Origin: Klebsormidium nitens
Taxonomy: Eukaryota; Plantae; Klebsormidiophyceae
Length of the DNA: 64,000 nucleotides
Reading direction: 5' to 3'
NCBI GenBank assembly: GCA_000708835.1
Contig: DF237028.1
Coordinates: 124,001-188,000 of the forward strand
This document shows positions 51,127 through 64,000 of this stretch, one piece after another. Each line of letters starts with the position of its first letter. Within the stretch, counting starts at the first letter, position 1. Both the position numbers and the translations under genes were made by a program. Under the pieces are notes generated by a model, which worked only from the letters and a program-made list of their open reading frames with translations, had not been told where the DNA came from and did no database searches.

Positions 51127-54100
51127 ATGTCTCGATTTACCGAGAAGAACCCTTTCGATGACGAGACTGATGCGAATCCATTTGCGGTGGGTGACGGTTA
51201 TGTCAAAATTGTTCATCCACTCTGAGGGCCTTGTCCAAATAAAATGCATCCCAGTGCTTCTGGCGCAGCAATACTTGCTTTTAGGTTTTCCTCTTGAGTG
51301 GAATTGACCGTGTCAGGCGCATGTCTTGCAGGATCCTGCAATCAAGTCCCATTCTCCTGGAGCAGGAGCGTATGGCGGCGGAGCTTACTCAGGAGGAGGC
51401 ACCTTTTATCAGGAGGTATGCAACCTCTCCTTATCAATGGGGAGTCAGGTTTTGGCTCACACCATCTCAGAAGGTAGATCTCAATGTAGGTGAAGGACCT
51501 GACGCTTTGTGTCTGGTGGATCTGATGTGCACCTACTGCTGTGCATTGCTTTGTGACCTATATTGAGCAGTCCTGATGTTGTCGGCTTTGATGCAGCCTT
51601 CAGTGGCTCCCGCAAAGCCTACTCCTCTGCCACCGGAGCGAGCTTCCGTGACGTCCTTCGCAAGCGACAGTGCAACTGTTGACATTCCTCTTGGAGAAGT
51701 AAGCAACCGCAGTGAGCTTTCTGTTCTGGTTCCATCCCCCAATTGTCAATGCTGGTTGCATAGCTCCATCATGTGTTCAATAGGATGAGCGTTCTCCTCG
51801 GGTTTGCCGCCAGGCTTCTTGCATTGCTTTAGCTTCATCATCTTCTGTTTTGGATTGCTTGCAGCCAGGCTACAAGAAGAAGGAGAAGGAGCTGAAGGCC
51901 AAGGAGAAAGAGCTGCAGAAGAAGGAAGCTGTGAGATTCTTGTTGGGCCTTCTTGGACAAAGCTGTCGAAACTTGGAGCTGAGCACAATCACCTTTGAGG
52001 ATTTGTGAATCATGATATGGAGCAGATGTCAATCGACGAACCCTAACATCTGGATCACTCAAGTACTCTATCCTTTTGATGATATAGTGATTGGATTGTC
52101 ACCAATCAGGACTACGCTTGCCTGAAAAATTGGTCCTTTTCTCTTGTGCGAGCCTCAGTCAGGTATTACCCGCAATTCATCCTGAGTATTGGGCAAGTTT
52201 GGTCTGAGGAAAGGAGGAAGAAGTTCGTTCTGGATAGTTGAGCAACAATGAGCTTTAAGACGGTTGCACTGCTTCCGTCAAACCAGTCTGCTCTGCCTCT
52301 GCAGGAGCTGAAAAAGCGCGAGGAAGATGCCCGCCGCGGTGAGTGCAGCTGAAGCGATAGGCAGATTATGCATCTCAGTGGTGATTTGCTTGCATCTTTC
52401 TTGTAAGCAGCAATGGGACAGTATGTGCAGCCAGGAGAATTGTGGGTGTGATGAACTTGAGCAGATCAATGCAAGAAGGTGGTGCACTTGTCTAGGTCCT
52501 TCATCTACAACTTCTCAGATTGGCATGGTTGTTTTCTGCAGCTGGCGTCATCATTGACACAAAGAACTGGCCCTTCTTCTTCCCCATTTTGCATCATGAC
52601 ATTTCTGCTGACATTCCTGAAGCTCAGCAATGGACGCAAAGGCTGGCATACTACACGTACCTTGGTAAGACAAAATCATTGGAGACGGAGAAGCATGAAG
52701 TTTGGGGAAAGAGAAGAGTGCATCTTACTATCTAGCTTCTTGTGCATTATTTGGTAACAATGGTGGCCTTTGAGCAAAGGGACCAAATGAAGGCAAAAAG
52801 TCCACTTAAGCCAGAACACTTGCCCCTGGAACTTGTCGTATTCTGAGGAGACAGCTTCAGCAGGTGGAATACGATTCTGCGATCAGGCAAGACAGCTTGA
52901 GAGCACCTCCCATTATCTGTCAAGCTGACTCCGGATTTGCTTGGGCCCCACAGCCTTTGTTTAAATCCTGACGAATAATGTTTCACTGATTGTTGCAACT
53001 GCAGGCTTGATGTTGTGCTTCCTGTGGAATACGGTCTGTGTCTCAGCAGGCTGGGCAAAGGGTGTCATAAGTGGCGGGAGTGGTAAGTCACTGATGCAGC
53101 ACCGAGTATCCCATACTACTTCTGTGACTTGATTTCGGAGCTCCTTACATCTATCTGTTTACTGCTTGGAAGGATTTCGTAGAGGTGGCAACTGTTCACT
53201 GGATTCTTACCGCGTGCAAGGCTACTTTTCAAGCTTTTGGTTCAGACCTGACAGTGCTTTCTTTGCAGCCTTTGTTTGCTGGCTGGCGGCAATCCTCTAC
53301 GCCGTTGCTGGCATCGTCCTCGCTTGGCCGCTCTGGTACAAGAGGTTGTACAACGCTATGAGGTAGGTCATGTTGGCATGCTTCTGTGGTGAATCCAGTT
53401 CTCCTTGACTGCTGACACAGGTCTCGACGCGCCTTGAAGAAGGTCCTGGCAATTGTGGAGATTTGAGCTTGTCAGAGGCGAAGATGTTCATGCTCTTTCT
53501 TAAGTTGACTGAAGTGTTAGCTTCACATGTTCATTGCCAGTCATTGCAATTCTCACTTGCGACACTGTTTGCTGGTTGCAGGAGGGATCGTGCGATGACT
53601 TTCGCATGGTTCTTCTTGATGTACCTGGTGAGTCAGAGGCGGTCAGACCCGTCATCCCATTCAACTTGGGACAGCGACTGAGATTGCAAACCTTAGCATA
53701 AATCACACAACTTGCGCCGCAGGTCATCAAAAAAATCTAGAATGCACGTCGTAAGCTCACTTTCGCATCGTATCTCCGAACATATCAGTTTGCTGCTTCA
53801 AAGTTTGCTGCTACAAGTCTAAAGCTTTTGGATTGTGCTTGCAGTAACGGGCGGGTGGAATCCAGTGATTTGCGAGGTCTTGCATAGACCTTCTGTAAAG
53901 TGAATCAGGACAGACTTTATCTAACATTGTTAGTGCATGATTTGGCCCACGTTAGATTTTGCTCACGTATGTGGCCATCATGCGTGTTCTCGTATATCTG
54001 CAGGTGCATATTGCTTGGTGCATCTTTGCTGCCATCGCTCCCCCTATTTTCATCAAAGGAAGCTCCCTCACGTAAGTTTCCTTAGCTTTTCGATAGGTAG

Positions 54101-55407
54101 GTATAAGTGAGGTGTCAGTTTCATCGGATTAGCAAATATGCCGCGCTTTTGGTTACTTGTTCCAAGCTGAAATATCGTGGTCTGAAGGTGGCACGCCACT
54201 CAAGTAAAAGTACTCTACTTCCTCGCTTTGTCCCTTCCGAGACTGACAACGGGAAACTTTCGTCTTGATGCATTGTCTTACTGTGGTTGGTTAGTGATCA
54301 AGTAAGTTTCTTGGTAATTGATTTTGTTTTTGATTGCTCCTGTGCAGCGGTTTCCTGTCCTTCATCAAGGCTCTTGATGCCGACACGGTTGTAGGGGTAA
54401 GCCGTCGGACCTTGAAAGCTTAGAGCTAGGGATGACGTTTCTAACAAAATATGGGGTCTGCTTGCTTTTGCACGTGTCTTTACGCCGATCGTATCATGTT
54501 ATCGCCGTACATTTCCGCTAGTTGCTTGCGAAGTACCCTATTCGATCAAAGGGTTTTCGCACATTCTCAAGCTGCTAGACTAGCCAGTGTCTGGAAACTT
54601 GTTGGTGACGTCATGAGCGCAGCCGCAAGTTCGGAGATTTCATCTTCATTGGCTCCCATTGTAAAATCGTCTTTAGATCCGTCCCTAGCTTGATCTTCGA
54701 CATGCAAGCTCTCGCGGCAGATGACGCCGTGACTCAGATACACTGGATTCAAAACGACCAAGAACTATCTGACTCGTTACGTGTGCAGATTATGTACCTC
54801 GTTGGTTGCATCCTGTGGGTTCTCGAGGCGTTACTTAGCATATTCGTCCTCCAGGTAAGGATCCGTGCACAAACTTGCGAGTCTTTCACTTATGGCGACC
54901 TTACGATCAAGTTGCGTGTCGGTACAATGCTTCAAAGGACGGCCTGTACATAAGCAGCCTGAGCGATTGACGGAAAGATTCGCTAGTCATTACTTTGCTC
55001 GGCACGCACTTGTATCTGTCGCAGATTTGGATTTGCCATGCGGCAAATCTCGCACGGTTTTTGGGAGGTCTTATAGTTGACCTGATCTGCAAGTCGTTCT
55101 TGTTTCAGCTTTCCTTCGTTTCCGTTGTATGTTCTTCTGTAATAGCAGTGACAGCAGTCTCATCCTGCAGATTTTGATTCGTAATGCGAAATTGAATTTG
55201 GTCTAACGTTTGCCTTGCCACGCACCTTGTGACGGCGCAATCTGGCCGTTCCCTGAGGTCACTACACCTCCGAACATTTTGCGTATTTCAAGAAAACTAA
55301 GATTTCCGACTTTTCTGCAGCGCGTCTACTCGTACTTCCGTGGATCAGGAAAGGCGACGGAAGTGAAACGCCAGGGAGCTCGTGCGGTTGTCCAGGCTGC
55401 TGTGTAG
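51127..55407 (+). CDS. SCAMP: Secretory carrier membrane protein
   Basis: Thirteen short exons from ATG 51127 to TAG 55407. N-terminal NPF repeats (KNPFDDETDANPFA), coiled coil KEKELKAKEKELQKKEAELKKRE, KNWPFFFPILHHDI, four TM segments with the E-peptide LWYKRLYNAMRRD, and C-terminal VYSYFRGSGK. Confidence 0.95.
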
Positions 55408-55699
55408 TATTCTGATGCCACTCCTCTTCTCTAAAAACTGTCTCTCTGCATGGCTTCCTCTGGTTAGAAAAGTGAGCTCATGCCGCAGATTCTAAGATTT
55501 GCACTCTGTTGCAGACCTCCGTGTAGGAGATTGTAAGGCTTTGGATTATCTGTCCTTTCGAGTTTCGAAGCCTTTGCTCGTAGTGAGTGCATCTAATAAG
55601 TGTGTCTCAAAAGCTGGCCCGTGATACTCCAGTGGTGAGTTGTCGATTATTTCGAGGCCGGGCATCATGGTCGAGTGCATACAAACGCATAAAGCATCA

Positions 55700-55960
55700 A
55701 GAGCGCCGATTCTGGTTGCAATTTACAACTTCAGGGTTTAACTAGCCATGCACCAGCGTTAGTAACCAGCTTGATCAACCCCGGCGCCACAAACTCCCAT
55801 GCATGGCTTAATTACTCAAGTCCTAAGTTAAATGTAGGATGTACGTTTATTATGCGATATGGCGCGATTACAATTGCAAATGCTGACTATAGGATTTCCC
55901 AGAAGTCGCATTGCACGCGTTGAATTCTTGATTGCTTAGTAGCTGCTACTGTTGAAACCT
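55700..55960. other. Palindrome-rich convergent spacer between SCAMP and GT90
   Basis: About 24 self-complementary 4-mers by eye in 55741-55920. CCATGCATGG at 55797-55806; AGTAGC-T-GCTACT at 55938-55950. Confidence 0.55.
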
Positions 55961-56221
55961 GCGAAGACGGTCACTCTTAAAAGTTCAGTCTGTCATCATA
56001 CACAACTTACAATACTAGCGTGCAGTATATTTTGTATGCATTCCATCCTCCTTCTGATCTGGCCTTGCATACTGGCAGTCAAGCCAACCTTCTTATTACA
56101 CACAAACATTGCCTACGAATGATATATGTAGACAACCTACCACGTCAACCTTAGTGTGAGGTAAAGTTTTGTTTTGGCCGTAAACTTTCCCCATTGCATG
56201 CGGGGTCCCAGTTTTGTTGCT

Positions 56222-59200
56222 TTAACCACCTTTGCCTGGAGCCGACCTCTTCTTCAACCGCACGTCAAAGCCCTCTGAACCTGACTCAACAACCTGGTCT
56301 TCAACTGTGCCAGTGGCCTGCTCCAGCCGGCTGTTTCCTGTACCAGGCAAATCGTCAAAGGTTAAGGGCTTCACTGTTAGTTCAATGTCAACAGACCTGG
56401 CTTCCACTTCCGTCGTGCCGTCTCCTCGCCCCAGCTCGCCCAGAATCTTGTCACCAAGCAGCTTGCCACCCTGTTCCCCTAAAGACCCACCACTAGACTC
56501 CGTCGCTTGCGCAGCCCCCCTCAGCTCCTCCCTCTCCCCCTTGAGCCCCTCCCTACCACTCCTCCCGCGACCTTCTTTCTCGCGTTCCCGAGCGAGCACC
56601 TTCTCCCTTTCTTGTGCTGCCTTCTCCGTTTCCTCTCTCGCCCGCGCATCCTCCCTCTCCCGTTCCTCCGCCACCCTCCTGTCCTCCTCCTCGCGCACCG
56701 CCAGCTCCTCAAACTCCCGCAACAGCCCCGCCGGTATGCTCCCTACCGTGTCCCGCGGATCCAGCGACGGCCGTTCCGGCTGCCCCCAGTCAACCACGCA
56801 GGGGGGCCGCTCTGCGCGGTCCTCCACCAGCAACTGTGCGCGGACCTGATCAGCCGGAAGTAGCACACTGGTTAGTGCGGGCCGGGAGTCACCGTAAGTG
56901 GTACTCAATTCATCAGGTCATGGCCTGTGAGGAAGCGTGGATTCAATCCCTCGCAAGCGCAACGGGGTCAACCGATGAACCGATCAGTAGTGATATTTGC
57001 TTGTGACTCGAGGACGTTGCCGCCTGCCAGGGGCAGCTTTGCGCTGCGCCGCACTCCGAACCGATTGCCAGGCACAAAAGTGCCCCGTATTCATACTATA
57101 CTGATGAGCGTTGTGTTCTCAGTCTGCTCATCCCAGGAAGTGAGCACTCACCTTCTTGGGAGGGATCCCCGGGCGGAGGACCTCCGGGAAGTAGCGGAGT
57201 CCCCGGGGAAGGTCGCTTTCGGAGTTTCGCTCGTCGAACGCGTCCTTGAGCCACGTCTTGGTGGTCACCTTGAGCGCATACTGACTCGGTTGGACCCTGC
57301 AGAAAAGAGCGCAGGAGTTCGTCACTTCAGCAAACACAAGTAAACGTTCTCGTGTCCGAAGCAGATGTCCTACATGCTAGATGTCAGACCTGCTCCGTTG
57401 CTGAAGCGGTCCCTTCACGGCACTTATGTGAAGCAAGTCGTCGCAAAATCAGGCATTGCCGCTGAGAGCACGTGAAGTTTAGAGAAACAGAATCAAGAAC
57501 GAGGATATCCAGCCCCCAATAACAAACCATGAGTTTGGGAACCCCAATATTTCAGGTACTCACCCTGAAGGGCTGCAGACTAGCATCGCAGGAGCCTACA
57601 CCCTAGAATACCAAAGCCTCACAGCTCTGAAACCCTTAGCCCCTGGAAATCTGGAGCGGCTCACTTGAATGTCTGCAGGCTGGCATACTCCCGCAACACG
57701 TGCAGCATGTAGTCATACACGAGCGGCATGTTGACCTCGCGCATCAGGAACTCGGTCCCCGCGCGCCCAATCTGCTTCGCGACCCGCGGGTGCGCGCGCC
57801 CCCAGTCGACCGTCTTGCGAATGTTGGCGCATAAATTGGGGGCTTTTGCGACCGGTAGGAAGTTGACGCCCGGCTTGAGGCCCCGGTACCAGAACTCGAA
57901 CCACTCGGATTCGACCATGAGGGTGGTTGCGTCGCACGCCAGGATGTACTTGCCGCTGGCGGACCAAGCCCAGCCCTCCATGTACAGCTTGAATCTGTGG
58001 CAAGGGGGTTGGGAGTCAAGCAACGAAATACTGCTGTGGTTTTCTCTTTCTTTGAGGGTCAAAGCTTGTGGTAAGACGAAGTATCCGGAAGTCCAGTATT
58101 TTGGAGCGCTCGAGACATTGAAGGCTTAAAAAGGGAGCGGAGATGGTTTGGCAGCAGGGATCCATGATTCGTCTTTATGGGGCGCAAGATAAGGTTGCTG
58201 AAGGTGCAAACCTCCTTCCACCTCAAAACTGTGCGGCCTGAAGATTTCAACTGGATACTTCATTATGAAAGTCGATTGGGTTTGGACAAAGCTGTCAAGA
58301 TCAAACGGCCGTGATTTCGTGGTCCTGAACATCCTTCTCCCAAAGACTCCCCTAAATGCCCAAAGTCGAGACTAGCATCCTCCGGCACAGCAGGGCCGCC
58401 GTGTTTTCCAAACTACCTACGTCAACGCCTACTCGCAATGAGGGAGAACCAACTGGACTTTCTTCAGACACCCAATCCTCCAGCACCTCGCCATCTCAGT
58501 AACATGCAAGACCAAGTTGAGAATGTAATGAAGAAACGGGAAACAGGCGCTCACTTGTGCTGGCACTGATTCTCCAGCAGCTTGTTGTCCACCAGTCCCT
58601 CGCCCCAATCAACGTGCCGCAACTCGACCCCCCACCTGCAGACAATGTAGCAGATTGGTGTCAAGCTTCAGTGCCTTGGGCCTTTCGATCGATCACTCTC
58701 ATATCCTTCTGGGGTTTCTGCTGTAATGGCTGAGTCAGATGTAGAACCTGAGGGAGAGAGCTTCGTATATAGACCACGAAAGCAGCTCAGCAAGAGCACG
58801 ATTGTACAAACAAGTCAAAGTGACCTGTTGGGAGCAAAAATAGAGTCAACGAGAGCATGCTGCTTCACTGCGCCAGCAAAAGAAACGAGCCAGCATAAAT
58901 CCACAGAAGCTAAGCAGTATGACACGTCGACATAGAGAGGCTAATGCATCATAATCGAGACACGGAGAGGAACGGGATAGAGACACGCCCAGAACGAGAA
59001 GCCCACAAAGAGCAGCTCTTCGTGGATTACTCAGATTCAAACGCCAGGGGAACTTGTTGACGATCATAACAGCCAGGGGAACATCGGATGACAAACATAA
59101 CGCCGGAACATCTGTAGCGGCGCACCTGAGCTTCTCGTTGTCTTCGCACTTCCAGAGCTCCTGGCGCGCAAGGCACTGCTCGGAGCCGCCCTGCCAGAAG

Positions 59201-62200
59201 GCGTGCCCGGGCCGCTTCTCCCAGTCGGTCTTGTTGGTCTGCACGATCGCGTCTAGCTGCAGCTGCCACGGGGGGATTTCCAGCTCCGCCCTGCCAAAAA
59301 GGCAAAATCGGTTCGGGGATTTGTTCGGTCTAGAGTCAGTTTTGGGTAAGGGTTCAGCCTGCGAAAGATTCATCGGGGTAGTCCCAGCGTCGAAAGGCTG
59401 CCAGTGATTGCTGCTGCAAGGCGGGGCTATGCTTCGAACATTTTGAGGGGTTGTTAAAAAATGTAAGAGACTGGCGGTGTATCGGAACCAAAAATAGCAC
59501 GAGAAAAGTTGTCTGAGACCGACCAGTCGGACTGCCGCTTCAAAGCAACACAGTATGATGCTCGCACAAAACGATACGAAAACGGACTGACCAACTAATG
59601 CTCGATAAGATCAGACGAATGCAAGCAGAGTAACAAACCAATTGCGCGCTTCTCCAATACCCTATCAATCCATTTAGCACGAGGAGAAACTTCCGTCTAG
59701 CACCACGGAGAAAAAATGCATCCTCTGAGAGCCTTCATCGAATTTCAAGACGAAATCGACCCAATGCGTCAGACCATGAACGGCGTGCCAAACTCCACAC
59801 GTCAAGAGGCCGACACACGCCAAGAAGAGTTGCGCAACAGAGGAAGGGATGACTAACCAGCCCCAGAAGGACCAGTCGGGCCACGTGATGTCCCAATGAT
59901 TGGGCGTGCCGCAGTACTTGAGCAGCGGGGGCGGGTCCATGTCCATCTCCCACTGGTACTTGTCAACCAACGGATGGTCGAACGTTTCCACCATTACGTC
60001 AACATCGGGCACCTGGCAAGCAGATAACCAGGAATGTTAACCCGCAGAACAATCATGGCATACACAGTCCGATATCACGGTTGGAAATACACAGAGGAGC
60101 TCGTAGCAAATAAGTACCAAGAGACAGACCGGAGGTGAAGGCACAGACCGAGAGAAGGGGTCAAATGGGCTGGTTACTGTCGTTCTGAAACCGGGCCGCT
60201 CAGGAAGAAAGGTCCAGAGTAGCATCTTCTTGTCACAAGTTCGCTCGATTTGCCGTGTCTGCCATAAAGACGTCCAAACAAGGCCCGCCAGACTGGTCTG
60301 CATCTAGGCGACCTCAGAAATGGGGGCAGCTGCTAGAAACAAGCGTGCTTGTCCGAAGCTGACGACCTTAAGCGGGGAATCTGCTCCCTTCATTTGCACC
60401 GTCGATCTGCAAATCCTGCAGACCCCTTAAGCGCCGGCATCTAAAAACACACAAAGAGTGCGCTACAAACTCGATAGACAAATTTGCTGGCATACAAGTG
60501 TACCCGGTCGGCTCACCTGGCCCGGGTACCGCTCGAGCAGCTGCAGGATGCCCCACACGGAGTAGTAGAAGCGCAGGTACTCCATGTACTTGTACTGCAT
60601 CATCTGCCAGTTGCGCTCCACGTACAGTTCTCCATCCACAATCTGGAACCGGAAGTGAGCCAGCGGCCTGCGTACAATCGGTTGAGTTAGACGTACGTTG
60701 AGTAGCGTCAATACCTCGGGCTTGAACAAACCATCAAAAGCTCAACATAAAATGAAGACGCTCTGCATCCGTACTCACCCTGAATCCTCAAACCAAGTTC
60801 TCCGGTCCCGAGACAGTAATCTAACTTCACATAGGCTCTACTTCAACTTCACAACAGTTTGTATCTGCGAAAGTGCACCCCCAATATGACAAGGCCTGTT
60901 GCTTGTAACTTTCTGCAGCCGAAAGTTGTGAAGAATGAAGCAAGCGAGGACTCGCGTGACATGATTCAGCCCCTATAAGCTGGCACCGCTGGTCAAGACC
61001 GAACTCTGAGAAAGCTCGCAAGAGGATCTCGACTTAGCTTAGTGAGGTCAGAAAAAAAACACTGAAACTCGAAACACTGTGCACGATTTGTTCTGTCCAG
61101 GCTGGTTGGCGAACATGAGGGAGGCATCATCAAAAGGGCTCTCAGTTTGTCAGAAATTTTCAGAACTTTAGAGTCCTCGGCATTTGAGTTGTATTTGGGA
61201 CAGTAAGGGCAGAACTCGAGGGGAAAGCCTCAACGCTGACAAATCAAGTTGACACCAGACCTTTCGAAACATGGCGTCACAATCACAATGACAAAATTGA
61301 CAGTACGTCTGCTTCAAATGGATGCAGGCGCAGGCCCAAGAGTGCCGGACAGTCTGAGGTAGATGATATAGGTGCGGGGGAAAGCACCACATGGGAAACA
61401 GAATGGCCTATAGAAGTTCGCAGGGCTTGCTGAACCACATGATTCCTGTGAAGAACGCAATATATAGACATTCTTTGAAACCCATATGTTGCTGACATAA
61501 AAGAAGCTCATATGCACACGAAGCTAAGATGTCATTTACATATCGTTCCGTACATATTAAAAACGACATATATTTTATTGTTCGTTTATACCAGGATCAC
61601 AAGGAGGCAAGCATTGAGTACATAGATGCCCTCCGAAAGTAAGAAGCGCATCCATCTCTTCAAAGTATCTTCAGCTCAACAAAGATCTAGTGACATCCAG
61701 AAGCAATGCCCATGTCACAGTCAGCCGCAGCCTTTGATACTGCAAGCCTAGTAGACCAGATAGAGAATCTGCCCCTTACTCACCACGCATTGAACAGGGC
61801 GGCTGGGGTGATGCCCTGCCGATCGCTCCACGGCTGAAAGTCCTCTCTGATGATGTTGTACCAGTCGGGACACTTTTGGACATCTGACCGCCGGCCCCCC
61901 CGGAGCATCTGCTCCTGCGAGCTCTCGATAATCTGCCGCATCCGCTGCCGGATGCTTTGGCCCGGCGCCGAGAAGTTTGTCGCGACGTACGGGATTTGCG
62001 CGGGCTCGTATGCCGTCATGACCAAGTGCACGCCCTCCCATCGGTAGAGCTCAAAGTACAACAGCAGCAGCTGGGGGTCCAGGTGGAGAACGTCAGACCG
62101 GGGCTGCCTTTCTCTTGAGTCAAGATCTTCTGCTTCAAATGAGTCAAGATCTTCTGCCTCAAAGTTGGAAACTTCTACTGAGTCGAATCGTTTGCTTTGA

Positions 62201-62828
62201 AGTAGGACATTTCTACTTAGTCAAGGTCTTCTGCTTTCAAGTAGGAAATATCTACTCCAAAGCAGTGCAACAAGTACATAGAAACTCAACTCTGACACGA
62301 TCCGAGTATGATACAGCTCAAGAAGGTTCATGATCAATTGAGACTGACCAATCGGTGGAGCAGTGAAATAGGAATAGGGGCCTAGCCCACTGCTGGCGAA
62401 AAGTTAGGGGCTCTACACTGAAGTTCTTCTCAAAAGTCGACTCCCTGCCACAGAATCTTGACTACTGGGCCTCTTGATAACGCACCACATCAGTCATGGA
62501 CAGCATGAACTTCTGCAAATGCGAGAGGGGCTTCCATGGAGATTCCTTTGAAAGCCAGGGGTTTTGCGAGTATCTCAGCTATCAGCTTTTTCAGAAGAAG
62601 GAAAGAAGTCAAGGCCTGTTCGTAGCCAGCATCAAGAGCAGATCAGCAGGTGGTATGTATTAAAGAAGAGAAGGTGGACACACGATTCAGGATGCACTTC
62701 GGGCTCAAGGCTCCTTTCAATTCAAGCCGAATTGGGGCAGCACAAAGGTGTGGAAACTAGCATACCAGGATAAGAGCAGCCACCGACGCTGCAAATGTTT
62801 CCTTCCGCATGTCACCAAAGACTCCCAT
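56222..62828 (-). CDS. Glycosyltransferase family 90 (CAP10/rumi-POGLUT-like, plant DUF821 type) with long charged C-terminal extension
   Basis: In-frame exons encode QKCPDWYNIIREDFQPW, AHFRFQIVDGELYVE, WGILQLLERYPGQVPDVDVM, PPPLLKYCG..DITWPDWSFWGWAELEIPPW, AFWQG..ARQELWKC, QCQHKFKLYMEGWAWSASGKYILACD and VYDYMLHVLREYASLQ. Probable signal-anchor exon MGVFGDMRKETFAASVAALIL at 62828-62766. Exon structure between 62766 and about 62100 is unresolved. Confidence 0.88.
62116..62257. repeat. Degenerate 24/39-bp tandem repeat at a GT90 intron/exon boundary
   Basis: TGAGTCAAGATCTTCTGC(T/C)TCAAA occurs at 62116 and 62140; longer degenerate units continue to 62257. Confidence 0.75.
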
Positions 62829-63640
62829 TGCTTTCAATGACTGCCTTCGCCAACCGACATGGCCGTCAATACCTCAAACACTAAGCAAATAGTACTCTCC
62901 CTCTCCTTACACTTGAGCAAAGCACTTTCGTGGCTTTTCGCCCGGTCACAAGCACCACTGGCAAAAGGGTGCTGCTTCAAAAGTGGTCGACGCGCATTGT
63001 GTCACAGATCTCTAGCCACAGGAACTTGATTCTGCCATTGCTTCAAAGGCGCTGAGCTGCTCAGCAGCTGCTGCCTCTAAGAGAGTGAAGACAATAACTG
63101 AGCAAGCTTGTGAGAGCAAGCTTGTGACAGTGTACTAACTGCAGTGTTCAGCCCATGCATCAGGTGGATCCCTGCAGATCCCCCCAGAAGAGAGACGAAG
63201 TCGAGCTCACCCCCCTGAAATAAAGGTGCTTATGTCGACGGCTAAAAGATCATCATAAACCTTGATCGACGGTTCAAAAGAGACAGTTGGGGTTGTTGAA
63301 TGTGGTGCGAGAGAGAGTGCTCATCAGCGGGCAGCCACTGGGGCAACTAGGGCTGTCGCCACAGCTGCATGCATGGCGTGATCACACTGACATTGTGACG
63401 AGGGGACATGGCTGCGTTGGAAAGGTGCCACTGCTAATGAAGGCGTGAACGCCGCCAGAAAGCTTATCTATGCAGGGCTCTGTTGCCCCTTCCTCCGCGG
63501 TTCGGACAGTGTTTAGGGACGGTCCTATGGGTTTGTAAATGGAAGCTAACTGAACGGGGTAGGGCCCAGCGATGCGGGGCTGTTTTCCCTCACCCATCAA
63601 TGTAAGACTTTAACGGGAAAGATTGTCATCTGAGTGCAGG

Positions 63641-63820
63641 ATGTCCGATGCCTTGTTTGGTATCATTCGGGAGTTCGAGGGCGCGCTGGAGGGACAGATG
63701 AGGCGGCAGCGCGAGGAGAACATCCAGCGCAAGCGCGAGTTTGAGAAACGGTTTCTGGAAAAGGAGTTGGAGCTTGCAGAGAGGGAGAACTCCTGGAAGA
63801 AGGATTTGCAGAGAAGAGAG
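63641..63820 (+). CDS. First coding exon of a coiled-coil protein; the gene continues beyond the window
   Basis: ATG follows a CAG acceptor. Charged heptad-rich MSDALFGIIREFEGALEGQMRRQREENIQRKREFEKRFLEKELELAERENSWKKDLQRRE, then a GTGCGC donor at 63821. Confidence 0.65.
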
Positions 63821-64000
63821 GTGCGCCTGCCTTGGTATTTATGACGAGGGAGGGTCTCGAAGAGGTTAATTCACCTGCTTTGGGACCGCTTATAGTACAC
63901 CTCGCCAATTCATGTGGTCTGTCGGTTTGATGAGAGCCTCATCTTCTTGGATGCTTTCTTGGGTTGCTGAGCTTGGGATGTTGGAATCCTTGGTTGTTGC

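Noticed and set aside
56232-57006. Long Ser/Pro-rich plus-strand ORFs, and other antisense ORFs over GC-rich exons (e.g. 10101-10394, 22194-22649, 57728-58129)
   Set aside because: These are antisense shadows of real coding exons, expected from GC-rich codon usage.
58630-59130. Apparent frameshift between two GT90 exons
   Set aside because: Recounting the G run at the acceptor gives a consistent phase-2 junction (KLR|WGVELRHVDW), so this is not a pseudogene signal.
63108-63136. GAGCAAGCTTGTGA twice, and similar two-copy micro-duplications (38431-38452, 53790-53820)
   Set aside because: Isolated slippage duplications with no further structure.

Overview
Eukaryotic, intron-rich, gene-dense nuclear DNA with GC-rich exons and GT-AG introns. 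The gene set is streptophyte-like, so a charophyte green alga such as Klebsormidium is my inference. I reconstructed 12 spliced genes by hand: a SAM + VPS13/ATG2-C-terminal-like repeat protein (-), Lunapark (+), an ARM/TPR protein (-), HIPL1-like (+), DUF218/YdcF-like (-), HGSNAT-like (+), ASP3-type aspartate aminotransferase (-), Xaa-Pro dipeptidase (+), DUF3067 (-), SCAMP (+), a GT90/rumi-like glycosyltransferase (-) and a partial coiled-coil gene (+). Most ORF-track entries are exon fragments, antisense shadows or intronic noise. Main observations: (1) all 12 genes alternate strand, forming six head-to-head pairs; (2) every tail-to-tail spacer contains a segment enriched in self-complementary 4-mers and longer perfect palindromes; (3) a small protein joins a SAM domain to two VPS13/ATG2 C-terminal-like repeats and has no lipid-transfer channel; (4) the prolidase gene carries tandem arrays built from, or abutting, its own splice junctions; (5) an intact 490-bp hAT-type MITE with a perfect 8-bp TSD; (6) a variant PTS2 on the aminotransferase. 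I cannot support any tRNA, rRNA or CRISPR array. Family assignments come from recalled motifs, not database searches. Exon coordinates are hand-derived and may be off by a few bases.
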